Counted from the first letter of the stretch, positions 26,995 through 36,696 are shown. The stretch is 64,000 nucleotides of DNA from Fimbriimonadaceae bacterium (GCA_046154445.1 JBJXDW010000010.1:36014-100013), one strand, 5' to 3'. Notes: generated from the letters alone by a model not told the origin. Numbers and translations are program-made.

Positions 26995-27591
26995 TTACTT
27001 TTTTCGTCGTTTGAGGGCGGCGAGAGCAGCGGCTCCGGCAAGAATGGTCATCGTTGCGGGTTCGGGGACAGCATTTGTGTTTACTCGGAATGCGGAAAGA
27101 GTATCGGTTGAGTAACCTCCATTCGGATTATTGAGGTCAGCAAAGAATGTGTTTCCTTGAATACTTTGGTCGTTCCAATACCATCCGCTCCAGCCAGTGG
27201 AATCGGTTGGACGTGCTTCAAGCCAATACTTGTTGCCAGCGGTTAACTGGACGGAAGGAAATGGGTTGAAATATGTTTTGATTCCACTTGATGACAGAGA
27301 ATCACCCCAGCCAACCATTTGAGTACCAATTGTGCCAGCGTTGTCTTCGTAAAGTAGGATATTGATAGTGCCAGGAGTTATGGACTGCATCGCCAATTCG
27401 ACAGAATCAAGAACGCCGGTTGTTAAAGATTGAAATTGCATTGCAATGCTTTGTTCTGTACCGGGAAATCCAACAGTCCAGGATGCGCCCGTATTGTAAC
27501 TGTCTCCGGGCCCGAACGAGGAGTATGCGGTGTCGGCAAAAGCTGAGGTAGCAAGTACGGCAAGAGCCGCGATGATGAAGACTTTTTTCAT
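26995..27591 (-). CDS. PEP-CTERM surface protein
   Basis: Signal peptide; C-terminal VPEPATMTILAGAAALAALKRRKK. Confidence 0.92.
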   Translation of the reverse strand: MKKVFIIAALAVLATSAFADTAYSSFGPGDSYNTGASWTVGFPGTEQSIAMQFQSLTTGVLDSVELAMQSITPGTINILLYEDNAGTIGTQMVGWGDSLSSSGIKTYFNPFPSVQLTAGNKYWLEARPTDSTGWSGWYWNDQSIQGNTFFADLNNPNGGYSTDTLSAFRVNTNAVPEPATMTILAGAAALAALKRRKK

Positions 27592-27733
27592 TTTTTGTCC
27601 TTTCCAACGGTGATTTAGTCACCTTGAACAAATAGCGTATCAGGTTTTTGTCGCTTTGTCAAAAATAGCTTGTAAAAACGCCTCCATTGGTAGGTACACG
27701 GTTAGATGATTGTATCAACCCCTGTCAAAAACA

Positions 27734-27766
27734 TCAGGTCGCAGGTGAAAATCACCTGCGACCTGA
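27734..27766. terminator. Intrinsic terminator hairpin
   Basis: 15-bp perfect inverted repeat TCAGGTCGCAGGTGA-AAA-TCACCTGCGACCTGA. Confidence 0.75.
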
Positions 27767-27788
27767 ACGAAGACTTCTAACTTTTCAG

Positions 27789-28781
27789 TTAGTTTTTCTT
27801 TCGTCGCTTGAGGGCGGCGAGAGCAGCGGCTCCGGCAAGAATGGTCATCGTTGCGGGTTCGGGGACGGCTTGGGTGACAACGACGTTGTCGATCAGACCG
27901 AACTGGAGGGCGTCGCTATTGATGTCGGTTGAAGCACCTGCATTGATGTCGGATTGACCGAAGAAGATGTTGCCATTAGGGGTTGCTGCACTGGTGACGG
28001 TTGCAAAAGTGACTCCATCAACAATCCAATTGACGGTGGTTCCTACTTTAACTATGTTCCAGTGTCGCCATCCGAAGCCCATCGCGCCAGCAGATGTTGT
28101 TCCGGTTTGACCGGGGAACAATCCTAGTTGAGCAGCGGGGGCAGCGGCTCCAGGATAGATGCCAGTCCAGAACGCATTTGAGCTATTATTTGACCCAGCA
28201 GCAATGCCGGAAGCGTAGTAACCAGTCGAGGTCGCGGCAGTTACGCCTGTACCGTTGTATGCCCGGTAGTCGACGGAAGATCCACCGTCGCCGGTAGAGC
28301 CGAATGCGGTTCCGAGGATGTTGACGGCAGGAGTTGAGTTTGTTGTGCCGGAAACACCAATACCAGCCAAGGTGACGTGGGTTGAGCCACTCCCACCGGC
28401 GCCGAGTGGGCCGTTAAAGTTTTGCCATGCGTCGAATTCTAAGTTGTAATCGCCGGTAACGTTGACACCAAGCGGGGAAACACTCATTCCGTAGAGGGCG
28501 CCGTTCGGGTTAGGCGTATTTCGCATGTTGGTTTGCATGCGCAAACCGAGCGTTGTTGAGCCACTACCAGGGGCAGCGGAAATTCCGACAGTTGAATAGT
28601 CGAAGAAGAAGTCTGCGGCACTACCGAGATCAGCTTGAGAAGCTGTATCGCCAGTAATATTTGAGAAGAACGACCAGTTTGCGGTTGTATCGACATCAAA
28701 GTTGTTGCTATAAACAACTTGGGCCTGTGAAACGGCCGCGAAAGCGACTGCCAGCATGGGGGTGAGCAATTTGATATTCAT
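27789..28781 (-). CDS. PEP-CTERM surface protein
   Basis: Signal peptide; G/S/T/A-rich body; VPEPATMTILAGAAALAALKRRKKN. Confidence 0.92.
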   Translation of the reverse strand: MNIKLLTPMLAVAFAAVSQAQVVYSNNFDVDTTANWSFFSNITGDTASQADLGSAADFFFDYSTVGISAAPGSGSTTLGLRMQTNMRNTPNPNGALYGMSVSPLGVNVTGDYNLEFDAWQNFNGPLGAGGSGSTHVTLAGIGVSGTTNSTPAVNILGTAFGSTGDGGSSVDYRAYNGTGVTAATSTGYYASGIAAGSNNSSNAFWTGIYPGAAAPAAQLGLFPGQTGTTSAGAMGFGWRHWNIVKVGTTVNWIVDGVTFATVTSAATPNGNIFFGQSDINAGASTDINSDALQFGLIDNVVVTQAVPEPATMTILAGAAALAALKRRKKN

Positions 28782-28929
28782 TTTTTCCGTCTCCGAAAAT
28801 GAGGTTGACAGCCCACATAGCTGCAGGCGACATCACCCTCTAGTATTGCGGATATTGCTGATGAAATGGGGGGCCCGTAAAAAAACAGGTAATTGTTCTA
28901 CCGATTTTCAGAACAATTGAGCAGTTAGT

Positions 28930-31443
28930 TTAGCGTTTTGATTCGCTTAATACAGTTGCGGTGAGCGGATTGACGGTGAGGGTTTTAGAGGTTCGTTGAT
29001 TGTTAGTTAGGGAGGGGTCGGTGCTTAACAGTGCCTGCCATTGCATCTTTTCGGGAAGGCTCACGGTTTTTGCATTGAGGGAGCCGTTCAAAACGACAAA
29101 AAAGTCGTTCCCGGCAGAATTGATCTGGAAAGTAACGACACCTTCTGGCTGTGAATGGAAGGTGATTGCGTTTGGAGTGGAGTGTTGGAGTTCGGGGATT
29201 GATTTTCGTAGAGCGATGAATTGCCGAGTGATTTCAGCGGTGTCGTGGAATGTTGAGGCGCGGTGCCAGTCGAATTGGTTGGCTTGATCGCCGGCGTTGT
29301 AGGAATTGTGGTTGCCGCCTTTGGTGCGGCCGAGTTCGACACCGCCTTCTAGGAAAGGGATGCCTTGGCTGAGCAGAAGAGTTGCGGTGGCGAGGGTTTG
29401 AGCACGTTTTTTAAGTTCCGGACTCAGGTTGAGGAGAGCGATTTTGTCGTTGAGGGTGAGGTTGTCGTGGGCAGAGATGTAGTTGATGGATTCGGATGGC
29501 TTTTGAGCGAATGTGTTGACTGATCCGAGGATGCCTTGTTTGACAGCTTCTCCATTGTTGCCGGTGGTAATGAACCCGGGGGCAGGGCCGTCTAGTTCGC
29601 CGCGGAGGGCGTTGCGGAAATCGTCGTTGAAGACAGCAACGTTTGTATTTCGTTGGGCTCCTTTCCCGAACCGGGTGGGGCCGCCACCGGTCCATGGTTC
29701 GCCATAGATGAGGACATCGGGGCGGATTTGGTGGCATGCAACTGACCAATCTTTGACACTTTCGGGGGTGAACATGCCGATGAGGTCGAATCGGTAGCCG
29801 TCAAGTTGATATTCGTAGAGCCAGAAAGTAAGGGAGTCGCGGACGAACTTGCGAACCATTGGGCGTTCATCGGCAAGGGCGTTGCCGACTCCGGATTCGT
29901 TGAGGAGTTCTCCAGCATCGTTAGTACGGAAGTAGAAATAGGGGACGGTTTGATCGAATGCTGACCGTTCACCGTTGGTGGGGACGGTGTGGTTGTAGAC
30001 GACATCTTGAATGACTCGGAGTCCGGCGTTGTGAAGGGCGAGGATCATCGCCTTGGTTTCGCGGATGGTGGTGATGGGGTTGGCGGGGTTGGTGCCGTAT
30101 TGCTCTTCGGGGACATTGAAGAGGGTGGTTTCGTAACCCCAGTTGTAGTTGGTGCTGTGGTCGGGGTTGAAGTTTTGGAAGGGGAGGATGTGTACGTCGG
30201 TGACGCCCAGCCACTTGAGATAGTCGATGCCGGTGGGCTGGTTCTTGTATTTCGTGCCAGTTTGGGTGAATCCGAGGTATTTGCCGCGCCACTCGTGCCT
30301 GACGCCGCTGTTGGGGTCGATCGTGAAATCGCGGACGTGGAGTTCGTAGATGATCGACTCGGTGGGTTTGTGGTTGGATTTCGGGAGAGACTTGGGCCAG
30401 CCAGGCGGGTTTGTGGAGTTGAGGTCGACGATGACGCTGTGATTTGAATCCTGGGTTGCGGCGGGGGCGTAAATGTCGGCAGCGCGGCGGGTTTTTCCGT
30501 ATGATTCGAATTCGTATTGGTATTGCCAGCCTACGAGATTAGTAGGCTTTGATCCGTACCAGACTCCGGAAGAGCCTCGAGTGAGAGTTACGACTATGGG
30601 GACGTGGTAATCGGGATGGGTGAGGAAGACTCGGGCGGATGTTGAGACAGGAGACCAGACTTTGAATGAGGTGTTGGTCTTGGTAAGGGTGTAGCCGAGG
30701 TCGGACTTTTTGTATTGGAAGATTGGGTCGTTGAGGACATCGCGAAGAAAAATTTGTTGATACTCGAAAGAGCCGTTGGAGAGCATCATCGGTTGGAGGA
30801 GTTCTTGGTTAGTCAGCGGCCGGGGGAATGTTAACGAGACACTTTTAATTTTTTGCGTTTGGGATGGCAGAGATTGACTGGACGGGGCGAGAATTCTGGG
30901 CGGGATAACTTCGTTAGGGTTATTGATTGAGTCCTTGATAGTTTTGTTGGAGAAATTGACTTCGAATCGGACGACGGCACGGGGGTCGGGAACCTTGAGG
31001 CTGATGTTCTGGCCGTCTTGTTTGAAATTGGCGCCGTAATTTTCGGCCCAGGTTCCACCGCGGGCGAGTTTGAACTCGTAGGTTCCACCAGGGATGACGA
31101 GGTCGAGCGAGTAGATCTCGGGGCTGGTTTGGGTCATTCGGGTTGTGTCGTCGTTGGGATCCCAGGCATTGCCGCCGAGGGCAGGGGCGAATGATCCGGG
31201 GAGAGTGACTTTGTCGGGGGAAGGGGGGGTGGTCGGTCGTTTGGCGTATTCGGAAACTTTGAGGTCGCTCGGGGTGAGTTTGTTTTTGCCGATCCAGAGG
31301 ATGAAATCTTTTACCTCGATTGATTCTCGGGGGGTGGGGAGGGCAACTCGAATTTCGGTGCGGGAATCGAGGAATGCAGGAGTGAGTTGGGCTTGGAGGA
31401 TTGCGGCTAAGAAAACTAGAAGGGAGAGAATGATTGCGCGCAT
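28930..31443 (-). CDS. pulA: Type I pullulanase (GH13) with N-terminal carbohydrate-binding modules
   Basis: YELHVRDF, YNWGY, DVVYNH, DGYRFDL, YGEPW and HDN catalytic regions; signal peptide. Confidence 0.93.
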   Translation of the reverse strand: MRAIILSLLVFLAAILQAQLTPAFLDSRTEIRVALPTPRESIEVKDFILWIGKNKLTPSDLKVSEYAKRPTTPPSPDKVTLPGSFAPALGGNAWDPNDDTTRMTQTSPEIYSLDLVIPGGTYEFKLARGGTWAENYGANFKQDGQNISLKVPDPRAVVRFEVNFSNKTIKDSINNPNEVIPPRILAPSSQSLPSQTQKIKSVSLTFPRPLTNQELLQPMMLSNGSFEYQQIFLRDVLNDPIFQYKKSDLGYTLTKTNTSFKVWSPVSTSARVFLTHPDYHVPIVVTLTRGSSGVWYGSKPTNLVGWQYQYEFESYGKTRRAADIYAPAATQDSNHSVIVDLNSTNPPGWPKSLPKSNHKPTESIIYELHVRDFTIDPNSGVRHEWRGKYLGFTQTGTKYKNQPTGIDYLKWLGVTDVHILPFQNFNPDHSTNYNWGYETTLFNVPEEQYGTNPANPITTIRETKAMILALHNAGLRVIQDVVYNHTVPTNGERSAFDQTVPYFYFRTNDAGELLNESGVGNALADERPMVRKFVRDSLTFWLYEYQLDGYRFDLIGMFTPESVKDWSVACHQIRPDVLIYGEPWTGGGPTRFGKGAQRNTNVAVFNDDFRNALRGELDGPAPGFITTGNNGEAVKQGILGSVNTFAQKPSESINYISAHDNLTLNDKIALLNLSPELKKRAQTLATATLLLSQGIPFLEGGVELGRTKGGNHNSYNAGDQANQFDWHRASTFHDTAEITRQFIALRKSIPELQHSTPNAITFHSQPEGVVTFQINSAGNDFFVVLNGSLNAKTVSLPEKMQWQALLSTDPSLTNNQRTSKTLTVNPLTATVLSESKR

Positions 31444-31506
31444 GGCACAATTGTACAGAATTTGAGTTATGAATACGTAATCTCAGCTACTTAATTTTTA
31501 TATCCC

Positions 31507-31541
31507 TTGATTTTTAATGTAGACATAAGTATTCTACTGGT
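31507..31541 (+). promoter_or_regulatory. Sigma70 promoter of the DinB-family gene, leaderless geometry
   Basis: TTGATT(31507)-17 nt-TATTCT(31530)-6 nt-ATG(31542). Confidence 0.55.
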
Positions 31542-32009
31542 ATGCGAGTTCAAGATTTTATTGCAGATGAGACAATGCGGGCAACGGAGGGTTTGATTCA
31601 TCAAACGACTCGGATGCCGGACGGAAAGTCGGACTGGAAACCTTTGGACGAGGGGCGGACGGCTCTGGATCAGGTTGCGGAGTGCGCTTTGATTTGTGGG
31701 GCGATGGTGAAAGTCTTAGAGGAGTTCAGAATGCCGGACTTTACGCCGGAGATGATGGAGGAGTTTGAGCGGAAAAAATCAGCGCTGTCTCTTGAATCGG
31801 CGATTGATTTGTTGCGACAGAATTCAGCAGTTTTGGGCGAGGCGATACGCGCGGTGCCAGATGAGAAATTAGCGGAAGAGATGTCGTTTTGGGGACCGGA
31901 GAAGTGGACGGTTGCTGCAGTGATGAACTATCACAATTGGAATTTGGTTTATCATACGGGCCAGGTCAGTTACATCCAAACTTTGTACGGCGACAAAGGG
32001 ATGGGATAA
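31542..32009 (+). CDS. DinB family protein
   Basis: DWKPLDEGRTALDQVAEC...YHTGQVSYIQTLYGD. Confidence 0.8.
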   Translation: MRVQDFIADETMRATEGLIHQTTRMPDGKSDWKPLDEGRTALDQVAECALICGAMVKVLEEFRMPDFTPEMMEEFERKKSALSLESAIDLLRQNSAVLGEAIRAVPDEKLAEEMSFWGPEKWTVAAVMNYHNWNLVYHTGQVSYIQTLYGDKGMG

Positions 32010-32018
32010 GCTTGGCTT

Positions 32019-32963
32019 ATGAAAGAGATGACGAGGGATGAAGCGGTTCGTCTTGCACGTCATTCGGTTTTAATAGGGGCACTCACCAATGGTTCGTTGG
32101 CGGTGGTTAAAGGCGTTGCGGGTGTGCTTGGGAATTCTCAAGCACTTATTGCCGATGCGATTGAATCAATTTCGGATGTTTTAAGTTCACTTGTCGTTCT
32201 AGGAGGTCTAAAAGTAGCGGCGGAGGCACCGAGCGAGAAGCATCCTTATGGAAAAGGTCGGGCGGAGCCGATGGCGGCGGCGGTGATTGCCTTTATGCTT
32301 TTTGGGGCCGCAGTTTTGGTTGCGATATCAAGTGTGCGGGAAATTATGCATCCGCACCACACTCCAGCGGCTTTCACGCTCATTGTTTTATTAGGCGTCA
32401 TTTTTGTGAAGGAAGTGCTCTTTCGATTTGTGCGTGACCGAGGTGCGCAGACTCGGAGTATGGCTTTGGAGGCAGATGCTTGGCACCATCGGAGTGATGC
32501 AATTACTTCGCTAGCAGCGTTTATTGGGATTACTATTGCGCTCATTGGTGGAAAGGGTTTTGAGGCGGCGGATGATTGGGCGGCTCTGGTTGCGGCGGGA
32601 ATATTGGCGTTTAATGCTTGGCACTTACTTCGTCCGGCGGTGAACGAATTAACGGATGCTGTGCCAGATGAGAAGATTGTATCGGAGATTCGGGAGATTG
32701 CTTATTCGGTGAAAGGGGTTAAAGGGACGCATCGGTGTTGGGTGCGCAAGTTGGGGCTTGACTATTTTGTGGATTTGGACATATTGGTGGATGGTAGTTT
32801 AAGTGTGCGCGAGGGGCATGATTTGGCGCATGAAGTTCATGATGCGGTTACGGCGCGGTTGCCGTTTGTGCGAAAAGTGATGGTGCATGTCGAGCCGGAG
32901 GATGAATTTGGTCGGTTTAAACTGGGTTGGGAATCGGATCAAAAAAGCGCAGAATTGGAGTAA
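32019..32963 (+). CDS. Cation diffusion facilitator family transporter
   Basis: SQALIADAIESISD, HPYGKGRAE, DAWHHRSD, VMVHVEP. Confidence 0.95.
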   Translation: MKEMTRDEAVRLARHSVLIGALTNGSLAVVKGVAGVLGNSQALIADAIESISDVLSSLVVLGGLKVAAEAPSEKHPYGKGRAEPMAAAVIAFMLFGAAVLVAISSVREIMHPHHTPAAFTLIVLLGVIFVKEVLFRFVRDRGAQTRSMALEADAWHHRSDAITSLAAFIGITIALIGGKGFEAADDWAALVAAGILAFNAWHLLRPAVNELTDAVPDEKIVSEIREIAYSVKGVKGTHRCWVRKLGLDYFVDLDILVDGSLSVREGHDLAHEVHDAVTARLPFVRKVMVHVEPEDEFGRFKLGWESDQKSAELE

Positions 32964-33036
32964 TTGCAACCCGTTTTGGGTAAAAATCAAAGGAAGAGTT
33001 GTAAGTGAAGAGGGGATGACAAGGGAAATTTGATCG

Positions 33037-33579
33037 TTGGAATACTTCGTTTTTGATGTTAATGGTAATCAATACGGGCCGGCTCGGATTGATGAAATCA
33101 ATGCTTGGGTGAAGGAGGGTCGCATTGATCCCTCGATGCAGGTAATGCAAGTTGGGACGACTTTTCGGTATCCAATTACTCAACTTGCGGGGGTGATTTT
33201 TCCTTCGCCGACGATGAATCAGAATCCGCAACCACCTTTGCAGGGAGCTGGGTCGCAGTATTCGTCCGGATTTGGGGGAGGGTATGGAAATCCTCAACCG
33301 AGCGCAGGTTATGGAAATTATCCGAGGGCGAGCCATGCGCCGGTTGATAACCACTTGATCAAAGCAATTTTTTGTACTCTGTGTTGTTGTTTGCCGATTG
33401 GAGTGGTTTCGATTGTCTATGCAGCGCAGGTGGACGGACATGTTCGGCGAGGGGATTATATGTCGGCGCAGAATGCGGCGGCGACGGCAGACACCTGGGC
33501 GAATTGGTCGATTGGTTTAGGGTTGGTCGGGATGTGCTTGAACTTGGCGACGACCCTGCCGGGGATGATGGCGCGATGA
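33037..33579 (+). CDS. CD225/dispanin family protein with N-terminal GYF_2-like domain
   Basis: GNQYGP..I...WVKEGRI; VDNHLIKAIFCTLCCCLPIGVVSIVYAAQV. Confidence 0.85.
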   Translation: MEYFVFDVNGNQYGPARIDEINAWVKEGRIDPSMQVMQVGTTFRYPITQLAGVIFPSPTMNQNPQPPLQGAGSQYSSGFGGGYGNPQPSAGYGNYPRASHAPVDNHLIKAIFCTLCCCLPIGVVSIVYAAQVDGHVRRGDYMSAQNAAATADTWANWSIGLGLVGMCLNLATTLPGMMAR

Positions 33580-33962
33580 TTAAGAAGCGGTTGACCGAGC
33601 GAGTTGTTTTGGGGGTTGGTCTTGGAGTTTATCTTTTGGTGGTCGCGACAGTGGGGGTGCCTTGTTTATTTCACCAGCTGACCCATTTGCATTGTCCGGG
33701 GTGCGGAGCAACTCGGGCGACATGGGCTTTGGTGCGGGGTGATTTTGGGTTGGCGGCGAGGCAGAATGCGTGGTTCGTGTTTTTGATTTTGCCTTGGGTG
33801 GCGAGTTTGGGATTGGCTTGGTTGATGCGGACGAGTCGGAGCGGAGAGGCGATCGGGGTTTGGTCCAAACGATTGACTTACGCGACAGCATATGCGGCGA
33901 TTGGATTTTTTATATTGCGCAACGTGCCGTTGCCGGTTTTCGATTTCTTGCGGCCGATTTAG
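33576..33962 (+). CDS. DUF2752 domain membrane protein
   Basis: CLFHQLTHLHCPGCGATRA...RN; ATG 33576 overlaps the upstream stop. Confidence 0.88.
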   Translation: MIKKRLTERVVLGVGLGVYLLVVATVGVPCLFHQLTHLHCPGCGATRATWALVRGDFGLAARQNAWFVFLILPWVASLGLAWLMRTSRSGEAIGVWSKRLTYATAYAAIGFFILRNVPLPVFDFLRPI

Positions 33963-33965
33963 TGG

Positions 33966-34943
33966 TTACTCTTTTTCTTTGGGTTCGATGATTCCGGCAT
34001 GGCGGAACCATGCGACGATTCCAAAACTACTGAGGATCATGATGCCGATTGCTAGGGGATAGCCCAGGGGCCAATCGAGTTCGGGCATATGTTTGAAGTT
34101 CATTCCATATATTCCGGCGATGAGGGCGGCGGTCATGAGAACGGTTGTAATGACTGTGAGTGTCCGCATGACTTCGTTCAGTCGGTTGCTGGTGATGCTG
34201 AGTTGGATATCGATGAGGCCCGCGAGGAGGTCTCGGCCGAGATCGAGGTTTTCAGCGATGCGGAGGCTGTGGTTATAGAGGTCTTGATATTCGGGGAGTT
34301 GTGCGGGTTTGACGATGGGTTGTCCGTGGCGGATGATGGAGTTGATGTTTTCGCGGACGGGACTGACTTGTTTGCGGATTGTGAGGAGTTGGCGCTTGAT
34401 TTTGAGGGCGTCGGTGGGGGTGGTTCGGGGTTGTTCGAAGATTTGGGCTTCGAGGTCGTCGATTTGGTCGTTGAGGAGATCGATAAGGGGGAAATAGGAA
34501 TCGAGTGAAATATCTAATAAGGAATAAAGTAGGTGGCCGATATCTTTGCCGACTTCTTGGGGGTTGTGTTGCCATGCTTCGAATTCTTCGGTTAATTCGG
34601 GGACGTGTTCTTGGGTGATAGTGAGGAGACAGTGTGTTGTGGCGAAGAATGCGATTGGGCGGTATTTGGGTTGTTCGGCGCAGGTGGGGATGGAGCACAG
34701 GAGGGCGAACCCTTCGGCGCGGTATTCGACGCCGAGTCGGAGGTAGTCGTTGAAGAAATCGCTCGCAGTGAGGGGGAACGTTTCGACCATGATGTTGATC
34801 GCGGAGTGGACTTCGGGGGCGGAGACTGCTTCGAGGTGGATCCAGGTAAGGCCGGTTTCGGGGATTGGGTCGCTCGGGTTGAACAGGGTTGTGGTTTTGC
34901 CGCTTAGGTGGGCGGCGAGGTGATTTGGAGCGTGTTCGTCCAT
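33966..34943 (-). CDS. corA: CorA family Mg2+/Co2+ transporter
   Basis: AGIYGMNFKHMPEL signature; two C-terminal TM segments. Confidence 0.93.
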   Translation of the reverse strand: MDEHAPNHLAAHLSGKTTTLFNPSDPIPETGLTWIHLEAVSAPEVHSAINIMVETFPLTASDFFNDYLRLGVEYRAEGFALLCSIPTCAEQPKYRPIAFFATTHCLLTITQEHVPELTEEFEAWQHNPQEVGKDIGHLLYSLLDISLDSYFPLIDLLNDQIDDLEAQIFEQPRTTPTDALKIKRQLLTIRKQVSPVRENINSIIRHGQPIVKPAQLPEYQDLYNHSLRIAENLDLGRDLLAGLIDIQLSITSNRLNEVMRTLTVITTVLMTAALIAGIYGMNFKHMPELDWPLGYPLAIGIMILSSFGIVAWFRHAGIIEPKEKE

Positions 34944-34990
34944 TGATGCATCCGGTGACAGATTAATGGACGTGCTTGGGAGGAGTTTGT

Positions 34991-35085
34991 TGGCGGGAAC
35001 GTGTGGGAATCGAACCCACCCAGCGCCCTAAAGCGCCACACACGGTTTTGAAGACCGGGGGCCACACCAGCAACCATCCGCTCCC
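34991..35085 (-). tRNA. selC: tRNA-Sec (anticodon UCA)
   Basis: 95 nt; CTTCAAA anticodon loop, 6-bp D stem with 4-nt loop, long variable arm, GTGGG-TTCGATT-CCCAC T arm, G73 and encoded CCA. Confidence 0.93.
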
Positions 35086-35239
35086 TCGCAGGGGTTTATT
35101 TAACCTGAGTTCGAGGTTCATGGACAGTGCCCTTTGAGTTGATCCAATTCAGATATCGAGACAAAAAGTCTTTCTGGTGGGACTAGGGAATCGTTTAGAG
35201 GGTTTTAGTCTTCTTGGAGATTGGAGATTAATTTGAACA

Positions 35240-35650
35240 ATGAGAGTTGAATGGAAAGGCGGGATGGCTTTTGATGGCATTGGGGAGAACGGGATGAGTA
35301 TTCGCATGGATGCGCACCCGGATCACGGCGGGGCAGACTCGGGGATTTCACCGGTTGAGGCGTTGTTGGCTTCGGCGGCGGCTTGTTCGGCGATGGATGT
35401 GATTTCGATCTTGCAGAAGAAGAAACAAGTGGTGTCGAAGTATTGGATGGAAGTTGATGGGGAACGGAACCCGCCGGGTGAATGGCCGAGGCCATTTTTG
35501 TCGATTTCGATTAAGCACTTTATTGAGGGCGAGAACTTGGATGAGGTGGCGGTGGCGCGTTCGGTTCAGCTTAGTGATGAGAAATATTGCACGGTGGTTT
35601 CGACGTTAAGGTCGGCGCCGGTTGTGACATCAAGTTACGAGATTTTGTAG
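35240..35650 (+). CDS. OsmC/Ohr family protein
   Basis: SPVEALLASAAACSAMD and EKYCTV Cys pair. Confidence 0.92.
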   Translation: MRVEWKGGMAFDGIGENGMSIRMDAHPDHGGADSGISPVEALLASAAACSAMDVISILQKKKQVVSKYWMEVDGERNPPGEWPRPFLSISIKHFIEGENLDEVAVARSVQLSDEKYCTVVSTLRSAPVVTSSYEIL

Positions 35651-35656
35651 TTAGAT

Positions 35657-35698
35657 AAAAAAAGAGAGGCGATCCAGTTAGGATCGCCTCTCTTTTTT
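35657..35698. terminator. Bidirectional intrinsic terminator
   Basis: AAAAAAGAGAGGCGATCC-AGTTA-GGATCGCCTCTCTTTTTT between convergent genes. Confidence 0.9.
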
Positions 35699-35714
35699 GA
35701 GCGTTAGCTTTTCT

Positions 35715-36659
35715 TTAGCCGCCGATGCCTCGGAAGGGGTTGATACCGATTCTGTCGAAGATAAAGAAGACGTTGGCGATGGAGTTAATCGTTTCGAAAT
35801 CAATGTTGCCAGAATCGGGGATGTAGACCAGGTCGCCGGGCTTCATCGTAATGTTTTGGCTGGGGTCTTTTCCGCCTTCGAATTCAATCATGTTAGATTC
35901 GATGACGAGGAAGTCGTTTGGCCGACCGGGGAGCGGTCGGAACACTTGGACTTTTGAAAGTTTTGATCTCTTTTCGATTTTTCCTGCAGTGGCGATGACT
36001 TCGGAAAGCTTCATTTGTTCGCGATAGGTGATTGGCCCTTCTTGTCGCACGCGTCCGGCAACAACGACACGGCTGTCGGTTTCTTCTGGGACTTGGAGGA
36101 GATCGCCATCTTCGATGATGTAGTTTTGGCTGGCATCACCGGCGAGGAGAGCGCGGATATCGATGGGGATACGTTCGCCGCTCGATTTTTTGACTAAATA
36201 TGCTTTGGAGAGATCGGCTCGGCCATCGGTGCTTGTTCCACCAGCGGCGCTCAGGAGATCGAGGAGTCGGTCGTTGGGGCGGATATCGTAGACGCCCGGA
36301 CGGCCAACAAATCCGTTGGCGGATGCTCGGAGACGGCGGTAATCGCGAATTGTGACGGACACGATAGGATCCTTTAGTTGGAGCTTATCGACGTAGCCAG
36401 CGGTGAGGTCGGCTTCGAGTTCTTTGATTGTTTTGCCAGCCGCTTTCATGGTGCCAAGGAATGGAGCGGAGATATTGCCATCTGGGCCAACGGGAACGAC
36501 AGCGTTGATTTCGGTGACTCGATAGACTTGAATTGTGATGACATCTTCTGGTTGAAGCCGATAAGTTTCAGTCGTCACTTGACCGAAAGTAACGACGCTC
36601 ATGAATGTCATGAGGCAGGTCATCAGGGCAAATAGTTGTTGTTTTCTCGTGAAGTTCAT
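35715..36659 (-). CDS. Polysaccharide export protein (Wza-like poly_export + SLBB domains)
   Basis: YRLQPEDVITIQV..VGPDGNISAPFLG; AGGTS and VAGRVRQEG SLBB repeats. AGGAG SD supports a start at 36662/36659. Confidence 0.85.
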   Translation of the reverse strand: MNFTRKQQLFALMTCLMTFMSVVTFGQVTTETYRLQPEDVITIQVYRVTEINAVVPVGPDGNISAPFLGTMKAAGKTIKELEADLTAGYVDKLQLKDPIVSVTIRDYRRLRASANGFVGRPGVYDIRPNDRLLDLLSAAGGTSTDGRADLSKAYLVKKSSGERIPIDIRALLAGDASQNYIIEDGDLLQVPEETDSRVVVAGRVRQEGPITYREQMKLSEVIATAGKIEKRSKLSKVQVFRPLPGRPNDFLVIESNMIEFEGGKDPSQNITMKPGDLVYIPDSGNIDFETINSIANVFFIFDRIGINPFRGIGG

Positions 36660-36696
36660 CACGGTGTTCTCCTTAGCTCCGGTCATTATAGCTTAA

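Noticed and set aside
34943-35240. Genomic island integrated at tRNA-Sec
   Set aside because: No integrase and no duplicated tRNA 3' end; the flanking genes have host bias.
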